A DNA stretch of 64,000 nucleotides from an uncultured Planctomycetaceae bacterium (GTDB taxonomy: Bacteria; Planctomycetota; Phycisphaerae; UBA1845; UTPLA1): NCBI GenBank assembly GCA_964549445.1, contig CAZJVS010000001.1, positions 5,372 through 69,371 on the forward strand. The letters are read 5' to 3'. The notes below the pieces were generated by a model. It had not been told where the DNA came from, did no database searches, and was given only the letters and a program-made list of their open reading frames with translations. The translations under genes were made by a program, and so were the position numbers. Positions 16,536 through 25,855 of this stretch are shown here, in pieces (the first letter of the stretch is position 1; every line of letters begins with the position of its first letter).

Positions 16536-17042
16536 TCAGGCGGGCATGTCGGAGAGCACGCAGGTCAGGCGATCGAGCGGGGCGCGATCCGAGTCCGGCT
16601 GAATCGCACGCAGGACAGTTTGCTCGAGCGCGGAGTAGCCGACGATCGGTTTTCGCATTTCGCTCCATGTCTGCCGAAGGGCGTGGGTCGCCGCTTGATG
16701 GTCGGCGTCAGGTCGGCCGGCGGCCTTGAGACAGGCGAAGGTGAGAACGGCCGCGGAAGTCAGGTCTGCATCGACATGATGAGCCATGCCGAAGAGCCGC
16801 GCGGCCGTGCCGAAGTCGCGGCGGCGGGCCGAGAGGCAACCCAGCAGATACCAGGCGGCGGCGGCGCGATAGTCCTTGGCGATCAGTCCTTCGAGGGCCG
16901 TGGCCCGCTGGTCAGTCGGGGCATCCTGCCAGACTGAAATGGCGCGGCGCGTTCGAGCGCGGCGAAGGGCGCGTCGGCGATACTCCGACGCAATGACGCC
17001 AAGAATGACAAGCGCGGGCAGAATAAACCAGACGGCGGTCAT
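16536..17042 (-). CDS. Membrane-anchored hypothetical protein (168 aa), possibly TPR-like
   Basis: ATG start with an N-terminal TM helix (VWFILPALVILGVIA) followed by an Arg-rich stretch and a helical soluble part. No family recognised. Confidence 0.5.
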   Translation of the reverse strand: MTAVWFILPALVILGVIASEYRRRALRRARTRRAISVWQDAPTDQRATALEGLIAKDYRAAAAWYLLGCLSARRRDFGTAARLFGMAHHVDADLTSAAVLTFACLKAAGRPDADHQAATHALRQTWSEMRKPIVGYSALEQTVLRAIQPDSDRAPLDRLTCVLSDMPA

Positions 17043-17145
17043 GAATCGTTTCTAGCAGTGGCTTCGGCAGCGGTCAACGGTCGTTCAAACTCGTTACTTG
17101 GCGCGAACGGGAACAGAATTCTCACGAGGAAGCAAGGAGTTTCAG

Positions 17146-17571
17146 ATGCGATTGTGGAATTGGCGGACGTGTTATGCGGCTCTGGCGGGCGGCGTGATGC
17201 TGGCGACCGGGGCGATCGTTCTCGGACAGGGCGATACGCCGGCGTTGCCGGTGTCGTTTAAGCCGGTGCTGGGCGTGGAGGAGCTCATGGGGAACCAGGA
17301 GAAGGCGTTCAAGGGGTTGAAGACGGCCGTTCTGGATGAGAAATGGAAGGACGCGCGGCTGTATTCGTGGCTGCTGGCTGAACTGGCCAACGTGAACCGA
17401 CAGCACGCGCATGAGAAAAAGTATTCCGATCTAGCCGGAACGATGGTCGATGCGTCGATGAGCCTTGCGACCGAGCTCGCTAAGAAGGATCCGAAGCTGG
17501 CCGCAGCGGGAATCTCAAGGATCGGAAACGCGTGCAACGCGTGTCACGACGCGTATCAGAAGAAGCATTGA
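17146..17571 (+). CDS. Cytochrome c'-like (class II c-type cytochrome, four-helix-bundle type)
   Basis: ATG 17146 lies within track ORF 17098..17571, with an AAGGAG SD upstream. It has a signal peptide. The mature protein is about 120 aa and helical, with a single CXXCH (CNACH) seven residues from the C-terminus, which is the class II cytochrome c layout. Confidence 0.65.
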   Translation: MRLWNWRTCYAALAGGVMLATGAIVLGQGDTPALPVSFKPVLGVEELMGNQEKAFKGLKTAVLDEKWKDARLYSWLLAELANVNRQHAHEKKYSDLAGTMVDASMSLATELAKKDPKLAAAGISRIGNACNACHDAYQKKH

Positions 17572-17584
17572 AGCAGCGAATAAA

Positions 17585-19180
17585 TCAAGACGGACCGGGG
17601 GCGATCTTTTCATACAGCCGGATCCGGACTTCGGGTTGATTCGGTATGGGCCGGGTTTCGTAAATGAAGCGAAAGGCGGGGGAGCCGTCCAGACTTTCCT
17701 GAGTGAGTGCGGGGCCGGGCAGGGCGTGCTGGGCGAAGAAGGGGTCCCAGGCAATCAGCGAGCCGATCTTTGCGTCTTGAGCGCGCGGCTTGAGAGCCGG
17801 CGCATCGGGCGTGAAGGGTTCATTGCGCGCATACGCGAGGCAGATGTCCGCGTAGATGAGCGGTCGATCAGAGAGCTTATGATCTCGTAGCCAGGCGAGA
17901 GCGTCGGCGGCGGCGCGCTGGTTGGGGAGCGGCTGGAGAACGGTGACGACCTGCCGCCAAGCCAGGATTTGAGCGGCCAGCAGCAGCAGCAAGACCAGCG
18001 GCGCGGCGATCCGGCGGGGCGCTGCGTCGCGCGGACGAGTGATGACAGCGAGGGCGCAGAGCGTCAGGGTGACGGCCAGAACCCGCACGAGCCACTGAAC
18101 GTGGTGCGAGTAGGGGACGTAGAACGGGACGCCCGGCAGGCGCATTTGTCTCTCGACGGCGGCAACGAGCGCGACGGATACGGTCGCGGCGGCGACGATC
18201 GTGCGCCGCCGGATCGTATCGTCGCTTGCGAACAGCATCGACAGGGAATCGGCTACGACAATCGCAACGAGCGGCGAGACACTGACGAGGAAGCGAGGAA
18301 AGCCGCCGGTTCCATAAAGGCCGAGGGCCCAAAAAACGGAGTGTGTTGCAAAGTAGACCACGAGGGACCCGACGACCAGACCGCCGAACGGGCGTCGGCG
18401 GGTGGCGGGCAGGCCGCAGATCGCGAGGATTGCTATGCCCGGACCCCACGCCTCAAGGGAACGGCAAAACATCGAGAACCAGCCGCCGTGGCCATAGTAG
18501 GTCGTCGGGCGGGCGTCGAGCCAGCGCTGCCAGAACGGTCCGGGTGACGCAAATGGCGAGAGGAGGCGGTGGGCGACGACGGCCCACGCGACAGGCCAGA
18601 GTCGCCAGATCGGGACGCCGCGATACCACGCGACGACGAACCAGACGGGGACGAAGACGACCGATTCGTGGCGGGTCAGGAGTGTCAGGGAGAGGACGGC
18701 CGCTGAAAGCGACCAGTGATTGGACTGCGCGAGCGCGATGGCGGCGGTGATATAGAAAGCCAGCGCCGTTTCGGTGAGGGTCACGAAGGAGAGTTCAAAG
18801 AAGAGTGGCTGCAAATAGAGAAGAATCGGGACGAGCCAGGCGAGCGGAAGCGACATTCGTCGTGCGATGCGGTATGCGAGCCACGCGGTGGCGGCGCAGA
18901 TAAATGCAGTCGTCAGTCGCGCGGCGGTCCAGCCAAGCGCCGATGGGAGGAAGTAAGCGATGGTGAAGCCGGGGCGGCCCCAGTCGAAAAGGAGGAAGCT
19001 CGGGTGGCGCCATGCCCATTTTGCGATAAGGAAATGGGTGAGATCGTCGAGTTGATACCCGCCGGTCGAGAGAATCGCATAGGCAGCCGAGGCGACGAAT
19101 CCGACTACGACGGAGACGTTTGCAATAAAGTCGCGATGATCGGTTGCGGCGACTGGAACGGCTGGCACGTCGGTCGTCAT
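17585..19180 (-). CDS. GT-C-like polytopic membrane protein, paralogue 1 (ArnT/PMT-like fold suspected)
   Basis: 531-aa ORF with at least 10 TM segments. The first-loop motif is DDLTHFLIAKWAW..WGRPGF, followed by the conserved LQPLFFELSFVTLTETALAFY..LTRHE. A C-terminal soluble domain of about 110 aa ends ..PEVRIRLYEKI. It is clearly paralogous to 19193-20788 and 58157-59755. Confidence 0.8.
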   Translation of the reverse strand: MTTDVPAVPVAATDHRDFIANVSVVVGFVASAAYAILSTGGYQLDDLTHFLIAKWAWRHPSFLLFDWGRPGFTIAYFLPSALGWTAARLTTAFICAATAWLAYRIARRMSLPLAWLVPILLYLQPLFFELSFVTLTETALAFYITAAIALAQSNHWSLSAAVLSLTLLTRHESVVFVPVWFVVAWYRGVPIWRLWPVAWAVVAHRLLSPFASPGPFWQRWLDARPTTYYGHGGWFSMFCRSLEAWGPGIAILAICGLPATRRRPFGGLVVGSLVVYFATHSVFWALGLYGTGGFPRFLVSVSPLVAIVVADSLSMLFASDDTIRRRTIVAAATVSVALVAAVERQMRLPGVPFYVPYSHHVQWLVRVLAVTLTLCALAVITRPRDAAPRRIAAPLVLLLLLAAQILAWRQVVTVLQPLPNQRAAADALAWLRDHKLSDRPLIYADICLAYARNEPFTPDAPALKPRAQDAKIGSLIAWDPFFAQHALPGPALTQESLDGSPAFRFIYETRPIPNQPEVRIRLYEKIAPGPS

Positions 19181-19192
19181 GCGCGGGGCATT

Positions 19193-20788
19193 CTACGGGT
19201 GAATGGCATCGATTCGTTCGAACAGCCGGACATACGGCTGCGACTCGCCGGGCAGGGGTGGGCTGCTGTTGATGAGGCGCCAATTGGAGTTGCGTTCCAG
19301 GTCCGACAGCGGGAGTTCCTGCTGCGGGCCGGGAGCGAACTGTCGATCCCAAACCAGAATTGCGCCGGCCGGAGCTGTGGCGACGCGACCCTTCAGTCCA
19401 GCACGGCGTGGGTGGGGCGTCAGATTCGCGAGTAATTCAGCGTAGGGGTGGGCGGATTCGATGGTTCTGCCGGCCAAGCCGTGCGCCGCCAGCCAGTTCA
19501 TGCTCTCGCTTACGAGCTGTTCGGATGGGCCGAGGCGGAGCGGACGGATGGTCGCAAGGGGCGCGAGGCCCGCGGCCAGCGCAAGTGCGACTTGCAGTAT
19601 CCGCGGTCGAGGGGTGGCGGCGGTGGATCGGAGTCTGAAAGCGATCAAGACGACCATGGTCGCGACGATGCGTATTGTCCAAACGGCGGGCGCCAGACGT
19701 TGAATGGCGGGCGCGGATTCGGGGCGGCGAATCTGGACTTCCATCGCCAGCCAGAGGGCCAGGAACATGAAGGCGATCGCAGTGGCGGCGCTGCGCATTT
19801 GGCGTTCGTCGGTCGAGGCAAGGCGTTGCCAGCCAACGTTCGCCGCAATCGCGACGAGCGGCGAAATCGGCACGAGGAAGCGGGCGTAGCCGCCGGATTC
19901 GAAGAGGCCGAGTGCGCGGACAACTGTTTGGACGAGGAAATATGCGCCTATGAAAAGTGGAACGAGGCGTGAAGGTTTTGAGTTCCAGAGAGGTCGAAGA
20001 CCGGCGAAGGCCAGAGCGACGATCGCCGGCCCACTGGTTTGCATTGTGCGGGCGAGCATCGTGAACCACCCGCCGCGGCCGTACCAGGTGTTTGGCGCCG
20101 CGTCGATCAAGCGTCGGGCGGCCATGGGCATTTCGAACCACCACGCGAGGCCGTTGACGAGCAACGGTGCCGCGAGCAGCGGCGTGAGTCGAAGCAGCGA
20201 AACTCGCTGCTGGTGGGCAATCCAGATCCAGACGAGAACGAACACAACCGCCTCGTGGCGGGTGACCAGTCCAAGCGAGAGCACCGCGGCTGAAGCGGAC
20301 CATCGCTGGAGGCAAGCCAGATACACCGCGGCGACGAGATAGAAGGCGAGCGCGGTTTCGGTGAGCGTCGTCAGCGAAAGCTCGAAAAAGAGGGGTTGAA
20401 GGTAGCAACAGACGATGGCAAGCCAGGGGTGTCGGATCTGGAACTTCTGGGCGATGCGGAACGCGAGCCATGCGGAGGCGGCGGTCAGCAGTGCCGAGGA
20501 GACGCGCGAGGCAGGCAGACCCATTCGGGCCGGTAGGAAGTAGAGCGACGTGAAACCGGGGCGGCCCCAGTCATCGAGCAGGTAGCGGGGGTAAGTCCAC
20601 GACCAGCGCGCGATCTGGAAATGGGCCAGATCGTCCATCTGGTGAAAGCCGTTGGAGAGGGCGCCGAGCGTGATGGAAGCGATCAGGCCCAGGGCGAGCA
20701 ACCCCAAGGCGGTGCGATCGTCTTGCCTGTTTCGTTGCGGCGGGCGCATTGGCATTGAGGTGACAGTAATAGCGGCCGGTTGCGGCAT
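19193..20788 (-). CDS. GT-C-like polytopic membrane protein, paralogue 2
   Basis: Track ORF 19193..20824. The start is uncertain: TTG 20824, ATG 20788, 20755 or 20749. Motifs are DDLAHFQIARWSW..WGRPGF, LQPLFFELSLTTLTETALAFY..VTRHE, and a C-terminal ..QPYVRLFERI. It lies 12 nt upstream of paralogue 1. Confidence 0.8.
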   Translation of the reverse strand: MPQPAAITVTSMPMRPPQRNRQDDRTALGLLALGLIASITLGALSNGFHQMDDLAHFQIARWSWTYPRYLLDDWGRPGFTSLYFLPARMGLPASRVSSALLTAASAWLAFRIAQKFQIRHPWLAIVCCYLQPLFFELSLTTLTETALAFYLVAAVYLACLQRWSASAAVLSLGLVTRHEAVVFVLVWIWIAHQQRVSLLRLTPLLAAPLLVNGLAWWFEMPMAARRLIDAAPNTWYGRGGWFTMLARTMQTSGPAIVALAFAGLRPLWNSKPSRLVPLFIGAYFLVQTVVRALGLFESGGYARFLVPISPLVAIAANVGWQRLASTDERQMRSAATAIAFMFLALWLAMEVQIRRPESAPAIQRLAPAVWTIRIVATMVVLIAFRLRSTAATPRPRILQVALALAAGLAPLATIRPLRLGPSEQLVSESMNWLAAHGLAGRTIESAHPYAELLANLTPHPRRAGLKGRVATAPAGAILVWDRQFAPGPQQELPLSDLERNSNWRLINSSPPLPGESQPYVRLFERIDAIHP

Positions 20789-20853
20789 TTGCCTGAGTGT
20801 CGCGGATCGTCGCCGACTCGCCAAGCGGCGCGGCGTGTCTTAATCTGGCGGAC

Positions 20854-22851
20854 GTGCGTCGGTGGGTCGTCGGCATTGATGTAGGCGGGACGTTCACAGA
20901 CCTTTGCGCCTGGGATGGAGAGCAACTGCGCCGAGCTAAAGTGCCGACGACGCCGGGTGACTTTACGCGCGGGATTCGGGCGGGGCTGGCGGAATTGCAG
21001 GCGGCGGCGGGGTTTCAGATTGTGGCGGGCTCGACCGTGGCGACCAATGCGTTGCTCGAGCGGCGCGGCGAGCGCGTGGCGTTTGTCGGCAGCGAGGGAT
21101 TCGCCGACATGCTGGCCATCGGGCGGCAGAATCGACCGCAGCTGTACGACCTGTTTGTTCGGAAGCCGGAGCCGCTGGTCGGCCTCGATGATTGTCTTGG
21201 ATTGGCGGAACGAATTGGAGCGGATGGGGGCGTGTTGCGAACGTTGGACGACGCGGCCAGTGCGGCCGTACTCGACGAGATCGAGCGGCGCGGAATTCGA
21301 TCAGTCGCGGTGTGTCTGCTATTCAGTTATCTCAATCCAGCGCATGAAGAGCGTTTTGCTGCGTTGGCCCGGGATTGCGGTATCAACGTGTGCTGCTCGA
21401 GCGAACTGCTGCCGGAGTTTCGCGAGTTCGAGCGTGCGTCGACGACGGTGGTGAATGCGTATGTCGGGCGACGGACGTCTTCGTATTTGACGAACCTCGA
21501 GGCGGCGGCGCGCGAGGCGGGTGCGGGTGACGTTCGAATCATGCTCTCGAGCGGCGGGCAGGGGTCGCCGGAGGACGCCGGGCGGGAGGCGGTGCGGACG
21601 ATACTGTCCGGGCCGGCCGGCGGGGCCATCGCCGCCGCGCATGCGGCAAAGCAAATTGGACTGACGCAGGTGCTGACTTACGACATGGGGGGGACGAGCA
21701 CGGACGTTGCGCTGTGCGATGGGGAGGTTGGGCTGACGCGCGATACCGTAATCGATGGCTGGCCGATTCGAGTGCCGCAGCTGGCGATTCACACGGTTGG
21801 GCACGGCGGCGGGTCGATCGCGTCGGTGGATGGAGGCGGGGCGCTGTCGGTGGGGCCGGGATCGGCGGGGGCGGATCCGGGACCGGCATGCTACGGCCGG
21901 GGGACGACTGCGACGGTGACGGACGCGAACGTTGTGTTGGGGCGAATCGTCGGCGAGCGATTCCTCGGCGGGCGGATGCGGCTGGACTCAGACCGGGCGA
22001 ATGCGGCCGTTGGCGCGATCGCGGGCCGGTTGAGTTGTACTTCGGCGGAGGCGGCAAGGGCGATTGTCGATGTAGCGAACGCGGGGATGGAGCATGCGCT
22101 GCAAGTCGTGAGTTCGCGGCGCGGAGTGGATCCGGCGGATTTCTGGCTCGTCTCGTTCGGTGGGGCGGGAGGGCTGCATGCGTGTGCGCTGGCGGAGGCG
22201 ATGAAGTTGCGGGGCGTGATCGTTCCGCCCGATCCAGGGATTCTCTCGGCGACGGGGATGATTCTGGCGGATGTCGTAAAGGATTTCTCGCAGTCGCTCT
22301 TGATCCGTAGCGGACACGGAGTCGATTTGGCAGAGTTGCGGTCGGTCTTTGGGCGCTTGATGGACCGGGCCGCGGCAGCCATTTTTCGTGATGGCTTCGA
22401 CTTGGACGATTGTGAGTGCATTCGGTCGGTCGACGTGCGCTATGTCGGGCAATCACATGAATTGACCGTTCGAGTGGAATCGTTGACGGACATTGATCGA
22501 CTGGCGGCGCCGTTCCATCGCATGCATGAGATCGCGTTTGGGATGTGTGACGCAGCGAGCGCGATCGAGGTTGTTACGGCGCGCGTGCGGATCATTGTCG
22601 AGACGCCGAAATTTGAGCCACGACCTCTTGAGCGGTCGGAATCCGGGACTGAGCCGACAGCATCGCGGCACGTCGAAGTGACCTTTGACGAGGCGATGGA
22701 AACGGCGGTTTACGAACGAACCTCACTCCGGGCCGGGCACTGCATTCGCGGGCCGGCGCTGGTTGTCGAGGATCATGCGACGACGCTGGTGTTGCCGCGA
22801 TGGCGGGTGGACGTGGAAGCAGCGGGACATTTGCGCATGACCGGTGAATAG
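20854..22851 (+). CDS. Hydantoinase/oxoprolinase family protein (HyuA-like)
   Basis: I chose GTG 20854 within track ORF 20797..22851, which avoids overlapping the divergent gene. The N-terminus VVGIDVGGTFTD is the HyuA/acetone carboxylase-beta signature, and the ~665 aa length is typical. No HyuB partner is adjacent. Confidence 0.85.
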   Translation: MRRWVVGIDVGGTFTDLCAWDGEQLRRAKVPTTPGDFTRGIRAGLAELQAAAGFQIVAGSTVATNALLERRGERVAFVGSEGFADMLAIGRQNRPQLYDLFVRKPEPLVGLDDCLGLAERIGADGGVLRTLDDAASAAVLDEIERRGIRSVAVCLLFSYLNPAHEERFAALARDCGINVCCSSELLPEFREFERASTTVVNAYVGRRTSSYLTNLEAAAREAGAGDVRIMLSSGGQGSPEDAGREAVRTILSGPAGGAIAAAHAAKQIGLTQVLTYDMGGTSTDVALCDGEVGLTRDTVIDGWPIRVPQLAIHTVGHGGGSIASVDGGGALSVGPGSAGADPGPACYGRGTTATVTDANVVLGRIVGERFLGGRMRLDSDRANAAVGAIAGRLSCTSAEAARAIVDVANAGMEHALQVVSSRRGVDPADFWLVSFGGAGGLHACALAEAMKLRGVIVPPDPGILSATGMILADVVKDFSQSLLIRSGHGVDLAELRSVFGRLMDRAAAAIFRDGFDLDDCECIRSVDVRYVGQSHELTVRVESLTDIDRLAAPFHRMHEIAFGMCDAASAIEVVTARVRIIVETPKFEPRPLERSESGTEPTASRHVEVTFDEAMETAVYERTSLRAGHCIRGPALVVEDHATTLVLPRWRVDVEAAGHLRMTGE

Positions 22852-22857
22852 AACGAA

Positions 22858-23946
22858 TTATTCCTGAGGTTCGACTTTGACCGGGGGTTCGGTCGCGGGA
22901 GGAGTTGTGACGGGTGCGACGGGTGTGGTATCCGCGGTCGGCGGAATGTTGAGGGATTCGAGCTGGCTTCGCGACTTGTCGGCCCAGATCGTGTCCGGCC
23001 AGTTGGCGACGACCGAACGATAATAAAAGGCGGCGGCGCTCGGTCGTTTGGCTCGCTGGTAGTAGCTTGCGATGGAGAATTCCTTCTCGGCGCGGCTATC
23101 GCGAATCCGAAGCAGCGTCGCGGGGACACCGGCCTCTTCGGCGGCGGCCGGGTACTTCTCGGCGAACTGCTTGTAGCGTTCGTCGGCTTCGAGGAGTGGG
23201 GCGTCGTCAAACTCGACGCCGGCAAAGCTGGCAAGCGCCGCATCGGCCGAGCGCTGGGATGCGAGCCGCGCGCCGCGGCCGCGTGGGTAATCGCGGATGA
23301 TGCGGGCGTAGACCCGCTCCGCTTCCTCAAATTCACCCCGCTGGAAGTGGTAATTGGCCTGCATCATCAGGGCCTGTTCGGCGAGCGGCGTATTGGGCGC
23401 GCGTTGGTCAATGATCTGATCGAGAATCTGGAGGGCCTCGTCGCGGGCAGAGACGCGGAGCAGGCCTTTGAAGACTTTGCGCTTTCCGTTCTTGAAGAGA
23501 TAGATTTCGGCGACGATCAACTCGCGGCGGAGAGCGCGGTCGGCCCACTCGGTGCCTGCCCAGCCGTTCATAATCTCCTGGTACCACTCGTGCGCTTGCC
23601 AGAGATCGTTGGCCTTATGATCGTTTGCGGCGTAGACCTCCGTGTCGGCGGCGTAAAACAGCGCTTCGGGGCGACGCTGCGAATCGGGATAATCCTTCAG
23701 CCATTTCTTGAACGCCTTGCGCGCGGCGGAGTACTTGCGCTCTGCCATGAGTCGACGTGCGATTTCAAGATCGCCCGCTTCGTTGCCCGGCTCGGCGGGC
23801 GCGGACTCAATCCACTCCTGCGTTTTGGGGTCGTACGTCAGCTGGCTGCGGCCGGCGCGTGAGTCGAGCGAATCAGCCGCACGGGCTGCAACCCACGGAG
23901 CAATGGCGAGTAGAAGAAGTGCAGGGAATACCGCGCGCCGATCCAT
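22858..23946 (-). CDS. Secreted TPR-repeat protein, BamD/YfiO-like
   Basis: I chose ATG 23946 (MDRRAVFPALLLLAIAPWVAARA signal peptide) within track ORF 22858..24192. It has repeated TPR-like helices (LEIARRLMAERKYSAARKAFKKWLKDYPDS, QANYHFQRGEFEEAERVYARIIRDYP, IASYYQRAKRPSAAAFYYRSVVANWPDT) and a Pro/Thr-rich tail. The functional call is tentative. Confidence 0.6.
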   Translation of the reverse strand: MDRRAVFPALLLLAIAPWVAARAADSLDSRAGRSQLTYDPKTQEWIESAPAEPGNEAGDLEIARRLMAERKYSAARKAFKKWLKDYPDSQRRPEALFYAADTEVYAANDHKANDLWQAHEWYQEIMNGWAGTEWADRALRRELIVAEIYLFKNGKRKVFKGLLRVSARDEALQILDQIIDQRAPNTPLAEQALMMQANYHFQRGEFEEAERVYARIIRDYPRGRGARLASQRSADAALASFAGVEFDDAPLLEADERYKQFAEKYPAAAEEAGVPATLLRIRDSRAEKEFSIASYYQRAKRPSAAAFYYRSVVANWPDTIWADKSRSQLESLNIPPTADTTPVAPVTTPPATEPPVKVEPQE

Positions 23947-24076
23947 CGGGGCCGGATTGTACGGTTCCTGCCGTGGGTGGCAATCTCGGCAGCGGCAAGG
24001 TGTTGCAAACAATTCACAACCGTCGCGCTGGGGTCGAACTCGCGTGCCGTTTGCGACGAAACTATCATGGCGTGTT

Positions 24077-24529
24077 ATGGCGACGACGATTGGTCGAGTA
24101 CTCGGTATCGCGATACGCGACGGGGTTCGCGGCGCGATGGTCGAAAAGGCGGAGGCCCGCGCGACGGAGAATGGCGGCGTAGAAGGAGACAATGCATCGC
24201 AACTGGATCGCGGTCTGACGTTGCTGGCATCTCGGCAATGGGAGACCGTACAGCAGGAATTGCGGGCGGAAATTCCCTGGCATTCCCGAAGGGCGAATGT
24301 ACTCGTCGAAGCGGAGTCGCTTGGGAACTTGATCGGAAGGGTGATTGATGTCGGGCCGCTGCGCGTCCAAGTACTCGGAGAGACGAAACCCTGCGACCTG
24401 ATGGACCGCGTACATCCCGGGCTGAAATCGGTGCTAACGCCGGATTACCGGGCCGGGGTCCACGGGCGAATCCTGCGCGGGGGCGTGCTTCGCGTGGGAG
24501 ACCGGGTGGCGGTAGCGGATTCAGCTTGA
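24077..24529 (+). CDS. MOSC domain-containing protein
   Basis: I chose ATG 24077 within track ORF 23708..24529. The 150-aa protein has a ..GDNASQLDRGLTLLA..VQVLGETKPCDLMD..GVHGRILRGGVLRVGDRV pattern with the conserved Cys, typical of small YiiM-like MOSC proteins. Confidence 0.7.
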   Translation: MATTIGRVLGIAIRDGVRGAMVEKAEARATENGGVEGDNASQLDRGLTLLASRQWETVQQELRAEIPWHSRRANVLVEAESLGNLIGRVIDVGPLRVQVLGETKPCDLMDRVHPGLKSVLTPDYRAGVHGRILRGGVLRVGDRVAVADSA

Positions 24530-24657
24530 CAGTTCCGGCGCTTTTCCCTAACGTTATCCCTTCCTAGTGGTTAGGAAGCGAGACGGCATTCGCGCCGGTT
24601 TGAAGTCGCGCCTCATGATTTGATAGGTGCGCGGCGCGACGGAATGGCAGGTGCAAC

Positions 24658-24843
24658 ATGGTTCCAGCACGACGCAAATCAAAGGCAATGAAGCGAGCCC
24701 GGCGATCCCACCATGCGCTCAAACCCATCGGGTTGGTGGCATGTCCGCGATGCAGTGCGGCGAAGCTGCCGCACGCCGCATGCGAAGGCTGCGGCTATGT
24801 CAATTCGAAGGTTTCCCTGAAGGTCAAGGCCGAAGAGGCGTAG
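24658..24843 (+). CDS. rpmF: 50S ribosomal protein L32
   Basis: 61 aa: MVPARRKSKAMKRARRSHHALKPIGLVACPRCSAAKLPHAACEGCGYV. This carries the L32 N-terminal signature and a CxxC..CxxC zinc ribbon. It sits in the conserved position ahead of plsX. Confidence 0.9.
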   Translation: MVPARRKSKAMKRARRSHHALKPIGLVACPRCSAAKLPHAACEGCGYVNSKVSLKVKAEEA

Positions 24844-24853
24844 GATTCGAGTC

Positions 24854-25855
24854 ATGCGGATCGGCATTGATGCCATGGGCGGCGATCACGCGCCGGCCGA
24901 GATCACGGCAGGCGCGATCGAGGGGCTTCAGTTCCTCGGCGCCGGCGATGAAATCGTGTTGATCGGCAAGGAAGACGCGATCCGCGCAACGCTTCCGGCG
25001 GGGACGCTCGATCCTCGAATTCGAATACAGCATACGTCGCAAGTCATCGAGATGGACGACGTGCCGGTTGAGGCACTGCGCCAGAAGAAGGATTCGTCGA
25101 TCGTCAAGATGGCGTTGATGGCGGCGGCGCGCGAAGTGGACGCGGTCATCAGCGCGGGCAACACCGGGGCCTGCGTCGCGGCCTGTCAGCTCCGAATGGG
25201 GCGGCTGGGCGTCGTGGCGCGGCCGGGCATTGCGGTCGCGATTCCGTCATTTCACGGTCCCGTCACGCTCTGTGATGTGGGCGCGAACCCCGAACCCCGG
25301 CCATTTCACCTATTGCAATACGCTCAGATGGCGTCCATGTATGCCGAGCGAATCCTGGGGATTGAGAATCCGAGAATCGGCTTGCTCTCGATCGGTGGCG
25401 AAGAGACGAAGGGCAACAGTCTCGTCAAGGAAGCCCGCGAATTAATCCGCCAGGAAGGGACACTCAAGCTTGTCGGAAACGTCGAGGGACGGGACGTCCT
25501 TTCAGGCGTTTGCGACGTCGCGGTCTGCGACGGATTTGTCGGAAACATTGTCTTGAAACTGACCGAAGGGCTCTCGGAGGGATTGTTCCGGACGATTGAG
25601 AAGGAACTGGCCGAGGAAGCGCCCAACCTCGTGACGGCGTTCAAGCCCGTGGTCAAGAAAATCTGGGATCGGCACGACTATAGCGAGTACGGTGGGGCGC
25701 CGCTGTTGGGTGTCAATGGGGTATGCATCATCTGTCATGGCAGCAGTGGCCGGCGCGCGATCAAGAACGCGGTCCGCGCGGCTCGAAGCTACATCGCAAG
25801 CAACCTGAACAAGCAGTTTGAGGCGCGCCTCTCGCAGGAGACGGCGAATGCCTAA
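24854..25855 (+). CDS. plsX: Phosphate acyltransferase PlsX
   Basis: 333 aa, beginning MRIGIDAMGGDHAP, with ..ISAGNTGA.. and the ..GVNGVCIICHGSS motif. Synteny is rpmF-plsX-fabH. Confidence 0.95.
   Translation: MRIGIDAMGGDHAPAEITAGAIEGLQFLGAGDEIVLIGKEDAIRATLPAGTLDPRIRIQHTSQVIEMDDVPVEALRQKKDSSIVKMALMAAAREVDAVISAGNTGACVAACQLRMGRLGVVARPGIAVAIPSFHGPVTLCDVGANPEPRPFHLLQYAQMASMYAERILGIENPRIGLLSIGGEETKGNSLVKEARELIRQEGTLKLVGNVEGRDVLSGVCDVAVCDGFVGNIVLKLTEGLSEGLFRTIEKELAEEAPNLVTAFKPVVKKIWDRHDYSEYGGAPLLGVNGVCIICHGSSGRRAIKNAVRAARSYIASNLNKQFEARLSQETANA

Noticed and set aside
20854-22851. HyuA-like gene without an adjacent HyuB partner, as a possible novel stand-alone system
   Set aside because: I believe orphan hydantoinase/oxoprolinase-family genes are common in bacterial genomes, and a partner may lie elsewhere. 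Nothing in the sequence itself is unusual.
24557-24583. Hairpin CTTCCTA-GTGG-TAGGAAG between the MOSC gene and rpmF, as a possible terminator or regulatory element
   Set aside because: The stem is short (7 bp), there is no following T-run, and the position is approximate. It cannot be distinguished from chance.
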